64,000 nucleotides of DNA from Betaproteobacteria bacterium (lineage in GTDB: Bacteria; Pseudomonadota; Gammaproteobacteria; Burkholderiales; Casimicrobiaceae): contig JANMCH010000054.1 in assembly GCA_031361045.1 (NCBI GenBank), forward strand, positions 190-64,189, given 5' to 3'. This document shows positions 60,147 through 64,000 of the stretch, in pieces. A program made the position numbers and the translations under genes. Numbering within the stretch: the stretch's first letter is position 1; each line of letters opens with the position of its first letter. The notes under the pieces are model-generated. The model ran no database searches and was not told the origin of the DNA. It saw only the letters and a list, made by a program, of their open reading frames with translations.

Positions 60147-61466
60147 ATGCCGCCAACGATGCAGCTCGTCATCCTCGACCCGGGTCATTTCCATGCGGCG
60201 CTGCTGCAAAAGACGATGTACGCCAATGTCGATCCGACGGTGCACGTCTATGCCGAGGACGGTCCGGACCTGCGCGACTACCTGCAGAAGATCGCAAGCT
60301 ACAACGCGCGGCCGGTCGATCCGACATCCTGGCGAATGGAGGTTCATGCGGGTGCCGACTTTCTCGACCGGTTCAGTGCGGAGTGTGCGGGCAATGTCGC
60401 CGTCATCGCCGGCAACAATCGCCGCAAGACCGAGTATCTGACCCGCGCCATCGAGGCGGGAATGCACGTGCTGGCAGACAAGCCGATGGCCATCGATGCC
60501 GCGGGCTTCAGGTCCGTGCGCGACGCGTTCGCGCTCGCAAAAGAAAAGGGCGTGCTGCTCTACGACATCATGACCGAGCGCCACGAGATCACGACGATGC
60601 TGCAAAAGGCGTTTTCGCGCATCCCGGCCGTGTTCGGCGAATTGTTGCAGGGGACCGAGCAGAACCCAGCCGTCACCAAGGAAAGTGTTCACCATTTTGC
60701 CAAGCTCGTTTCCGGCGTGCCGATCAAGCGTCCCGCTTGGTTTTTCGATGTGCGGCAGCAGGGCGAGGGCCTCGTCGACATCACCACGCACCTGGTGGAC
60801 CTGGTGCAGTGGGAGTGCTTTCCGGACGAAGTGCTGGATTTCGACAGGGACATTCGGCTGCTGAGCGTGCGCCGCTGGCCCACGGAGATCAGCGCTGCGC
60901 AATTTGCCAAAGTAACGCAGCTGCAAGGCTTTCCTGACTACCTGCTCGGCGAAGTGCAGGCCAACGGCAGCCTGCACACCTATGCCAACGGCGAGATCAA
61001 TTACCTGATCAAGGGTGTCCACACCCGTGTTTCCGTACTCTGGAATTTCGCTGCGCCCGAAGGCGCGGGCGACACGCACTACTCGGTGATGCGCGGATCG
61101 AAGTCCAATCTCGTCATTCGCCAAGGTGCGGCTGAAAGCTGGCAACCGGTGTTGTATATCGAGCCCGCGACAGCCGCACGCGCCGACGATAACGGGTCAC
61201 AGGCGCTGCAGCATGCGCTGGGCCAGGTGCGCGAAGCGTTTCCGGGCATCGACCTGAACCGTACGGGAGATGCGTGGCAGGTCACTGTCCCGGCGTCGTA
61301 TCGCGTAGGCCACGAAGCGCACTTCGCCCAGGTCGCCACGCAGTTCCTGGGCTACGTCGAAAATGGTACGTTGCCCGACTGGGAAGTGCCCAACATGATC
61401 GCCAAGTACCACACGACCACGTCCGCGCTCGAGATCGCGCGCGGCGGCGCGGTACCGGGCCAATGA
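60147..61466 (+). CDS. Oxidoreductase with the 'putative oxidoreductase C-terminal' domain (Gfo/Idh/MocA-related)
   Basis: The start is the ATG at 60147. LVILDPGHFHAALLQKTMY...GNVAVIAGNNRRKTEYL..AIEAGMHVLADKPM is followed by a long C-terminal domain; 439 aa. Confidence 0.65.
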   Translation: MPPTMQLVILDPGHFHAALLQKTMYANVDPTVHVYAEDGPDLRDYLQKIASYNARPVDPTSWRMEVHAGADFLDRFSAECAGNVAVIAGNNRRKTEYLTRAIEAGMHVLADKPMAIDAAGFRSVRDAFALAKEKGVLLYDIMTERHEITTMLQKAFSRIPAVFGELLQGTEQNPAVTKESVHHFAKLVSGVPIKRPAWFFDVRQQGEGLVDITTHLVDLVQWECFPDEVLDFDRDIRLLSVRRWPTEISAAQFAKVTQLQGFPDYLLGEVQANGSLHTYANGEINYLIKGVHTRVSVLWNFAAPEGAGDTHYSVMRGSKSNLVIRQGAAESWQPVLYIEPATAARADDNGSQALQHALGQVREAFPGIDLNRTGDAWQVTVPASYRVGHEAHFAQVATQFLGYVENGTLPDWEVPNMIAKYHTTTSALEIARGGAVPGQ

Positions 61467-61487
61467 TTGGGCCAACGAGCCGGGCGC

Positions 61488-62345
61488 ATGAGCGAACCTG
61501 AGGCAAAACTCCTTTCACTCAACACCGCGACGGTGCGACCGCAGTGGACGTTGCCGCAGATCATCGACGGTTGCGCGCGCCATGGCATCGCGGGCATCGC
61601 GCCGTGGCGCGACCAGGTGGCGGCGGCCGGCCTCAAGGAATCGGCGGCGCGCATCCGCGACGCGGGACTCGCTGTCAGTGGCTATTGCCGCGGCGGCATG
61701 TTTCCGGCAACGGACCGTGAGCGGCGGCGAGCGGCACTGGACGACAACCGGCGCGCGGTCGACGAGGCACTTGCGCTGCGCGCGCAGTGCCTGATCCTGG
61801 TCGTGGGTGGCTTGCCTGCGGGACGTGACGGAAAGGTCGAGTCAAAGGACTTGGCCGGCGCGCGGGAAATGGTCCGCGACGGTATCGGTGAACTGCTCGC
61901 CTACGCCCGCAGCGCCGGCATGCCGCTGGCCATCGAACCGCTGCACCCCATGTACGCCGCCGACCGCGCCTGCGTGAACACGATGGAGCACGCCAACGAC
62001 CTGTGCGACGAACTGGGAGCGGGACTGGGCATCGCGGTCGATGCGTATCACGTCTGGTGGGACCCGCACCTGTCGCGCGAAATCGAACGCGCCGCAAGTT
62101 CGAGTCCCTCGCGACTTCTTGCGTATCACATCTGCGACTGGCTGGTGCCGACCACCGACCTGCTGACTGACCGAGGCATGATGGGCGATGGTGTCATCGA
62201 CCTTCGCCTGCTCCGCTCGTGGATGGAGAACGCAGGCTACCGCGGCTTCCATGAGGTCGAGATTTTTTCCGCGAACAACTGGTGGAAACGCGATCCCGAC
62301 GAAGTCCTGGCGACCTGCAAGGCGCGCCACCTCGAGTGCAGCTGA
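61488..62345 (+). CDS. Sugar phosphate isomerase/epimerase (xylose-isomerase-like TIM barrel)
   Basis: It is about 285 aa. ...LSLNTATV...GIAGIAPWRD... and ...LAIEPLHPMY...VDAYHVWWD...HICDW... match the AP-endonuclease-2/xylose-isomerase-like barrel pattern. The start is the ATG at 61488; an upstream TTG at 61467 is possible. Confidence 0.8.
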   Translation: MSEPEAKLLSLNTATVRPQWTLPQIIDGCARHGIAGIAPWRDQVAAAGLKESAARIRDAGLAVSGYCRGGMFPATDRERRRAALDDNRRAVDEALALRAQCLILVVGGLPAGRDGKVESKDLAGAREMVRDGIGELLAYARSAGMPLAIEPLHPMYAADRACVNTMEHANDLCDELGAGLGIAVDAYHVWWDPHLSREIERAASSSPSRLLAYHICDWLVPTTDLLTDRGMMGDGVIDLRLLRSWMENAGYRGFHEVEIFSANNWWKRDPDEVLATCKARHLECS

Positions 62346-62384
62346 CCTGCGCTTCGCCAGCGTCCCAGTAGTCTGCGGAAAGCC

Positions 62385-64000
62385 CTATATGACATTGGGG
62401 CCAGGGGAGGCCCTGATCGAGGCGGAAGGCGCTCCTCGAACCCGGTGGTCCCGAGGGCGCCGCACCAACAGATAGACAGCAGGTATCACCAACATCGAAA
62501 GCAGCGGCGCCGAAATCATCCCGCCGACCATCGGTGCGGCAATTCGCTGCATCACTTCCGAGCCGGTGCCGCTGCCCCACATGATCGGGAACAGCCCGGC
62601 CAGGATCACCGCGACGGTCATCGCCTTCGGTCGCACCCGCAGCACTGCCCCTTCGCGAATGGCATCCAGCAAGTCCTCCGTGCCGGTCTTGCCTTGCGCG
62701 AGTCGCACTTCCCATGCCTGCTTCAGGTACAGCAGCATGATCACGCCGAATTCGGCGGATACGCCCGCCAGCGCAATGAATCCCACGGCAGCGGCCACCG
62801 ACAGGTTGTAGTCCAGCAGAAAAAGCAGCCAGATGCCGCCGACCAGTGCCAAAGGGAGCGTGGCCATGATCAGCAGCGCCTCGTCGAATCGTTTGAACGT
62901 GAGGTAGAGCAAAACAAAGATGATCAGCAGCGTGAACGGCACGACGACCTTCAGCTTCGCCGTCGCGCGTTCCAGAAATTCGAACTGCCCTGACCAGGAG
63001 ATCGAATATCCCGGCGGCAACTGCACTTTCTGCGCAACCATGCGCTGCATGTCCTGCACGGCCGACTTCAGGTCGCGGCCGCGGATGTCGACGTAGACCC
63101 AACCGGAAAGCCGCGCGTTCTCACTGCGCAGCATGGGAGGGCCGTCGGTTATCCGGATCTCCGCCACGTCGGAAAGCACGAGTCGCGCGCCCCGTTCGGT
63201 CACGATGGGGAGCGCCCGCAGCTTTTCCAGGGAGTCCCGCATTTCGCGTGGATAGCGCACATTGATCGGGAAGCGCTGGAGCCCTTCGACTGTTTCGCCG
63301 ATATTGTCACCTCCAACAGCGGAAGTGATCACCGATTGCACGTCCGCGATGTTCATGCCGAAGCGGGCGGCCGCATCGCGGTTGATGGCCACATCGACGT
63401 AGCGGCCGCCTGTGAGCCGCTCGGCCAGGACGCTACTGACACCTGGTACATCCTTTAACGCCCGCTCGATCTCACCGGTGACACGGTCGATGGTGGCGAG
63501 GTCCGTGCCCGCCACCTTGACCCCGACCGGACTCTTGATGCCTGTCGCGAGCATGTCGATGCGATTGCGAATCGGGGGCACCCAGATGTTGGTAAGCCCC
63601 GGGACCTTGACGATACGGTCCAGTTCTTCCACCAGTTGGTCCTGCGTCAACCCCGGCCGCCATTGTTCGCGTGGCTTGAACTGGATCGTCGTTTCGAACA
63701 TTTCCAACGGCGCCGGATCGGTGGCCGTCTCGGCACGTCCGGCCTTGCCGTAAACGCTGAGGACTTCGGGGATGGTCTTGATCAGGCGGTCGGTCTGCTG
63801 CAGGAGTTCAGCGGCTTTGCCTGCGGAGAGACCAGGAAGGGCCGACGGCATGTAGAGGAGGTCACCCTCATCCAGCCGTGGCATGAATTCACTCCCGAGT
63901 TGCTGCAACGGCCACAGGCTCGACACGAGGACCACGGCTGCGACAACGAGCGTGGCCTTTGGCGATCGCAGCACGACATTGAGCAGCGGTCGATACAGAG
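62385..64000 (-). CDS. cusA: CusA/CzcA-family heavy-metal efflux RND transporter (C-terminal half; the gene continues beyond the window)
   Basis: The translation (..[46 protein letters not shown]..., ..[16 protein letters not shown].., C-terminal TM bundle) matches the HME-RND CusA pattern. The ORF is open to the window edge. Confidence 0.88.
   Translation of the reverse strand, partial: LYRPLLNVVLRSPKATLVVAAVVLVSSLWPLQQLGSEFMPRLDEGDLLYMPSALPGLSAGKAAELLQQTDRLIKTIPEVLSVYGKAGRAETATDPAPLEMFETTIQFKPREQWRPGLTQDQLVEELDRIVKVPGLTNIWVPPIRNRIDMLATGIKSPVGVKVAGTDLATIDRVTGEIERALKDVPGVSSVLAERLTGGRYVDVAINRDAAARFGMNIADVQSVITSAVGGDNIGETVEGLQRFPINVRYPREMRDSLEKLRALPIVTERGARLVLSDVAEIRITDGPPMLRSENARLSGWVYVDIRGRDLKSAVQDMQRMVAQKVQLPPGYSISWSGQFEFLERATAKLKVVVPFTLLIIFVLLYLTFKRFDEALLIMATLPLALVGGIWLLFLLDYNLSVAAAVGFIALAGVSAEFGVIMLLYLKQAWEVRLAQGKTGTEDLLDAIREGAVLRVRPKAMTVAVILAGLFPIMWGSGTGSEVMQRIAAPMVGGMISAPLLSMLVIPAVYLLVRRPRDHRVRGAPSASIRASPGPNVI

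Overview
This is a visibly GC-rich bacterial chromosomal segment. Gene content and order (Bug/TTT transporter genes, an hrcA..hemH-grpE-dnaK-dnaJ neighbourhood, REP-like palindromes) suggest a beta-proteobacterium of the Burkholderiales type, but that is inference, not a computed result. I can support about 56 protein genes and one tRNA. Most of the window is core housekeeping: secDF, purB, acs, class I fumarase, the dnaK/dnaJ/grpE/hrcA heat-shock genes, hemH, nadK, recN, clsB, and an eight-gene translationally coupled pentose-phosphate/glucose operon (tal-ROK kinase-pgi-DUF2090-gnd-zwf-pgl-tkt) followed by tRNA-His. The standout is a compact four-gene operon at 31.4-33.7 kb. It encodes a small secreted 4-Cys DUF2282 peptide, a DUF692 (MNIO/MbnB-like) enzyme, a DUF2063 partner and a DoxX membrane protein. 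This is the signature of a bufferin/gig-type RiPP metallophore cluster; here it is followed by an unusual two-domain SAM methyltransferase and has no adjacent ECF sigma/anti-sigma pair. Other items worth a second look: a cytoplasmic TIR-(TolB_N-like)-TPR protein next to dnaJ; a GGDEF-EAL sensor gene with four C7-C8/G7 homopolymer tracts and a Pro/Ala-rich tandem repeat; a GH63-like plus GH133-like glycosidase pair with overlapping stop/start codons; a TctCBA transporter fused to a four-gene cluster of unknown pathway (Gfo/Idh/MocA, DUF993, oxidoreductase, TIM-barrel isomerase); and a REP/BIME-like repeat family (core GGGTCAGAC[CT]C) at two loci. I saw no CRISPR array, prophage, integrase or transposase. 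All product calls come from my reading of the translated ORFs and were not verified by search.
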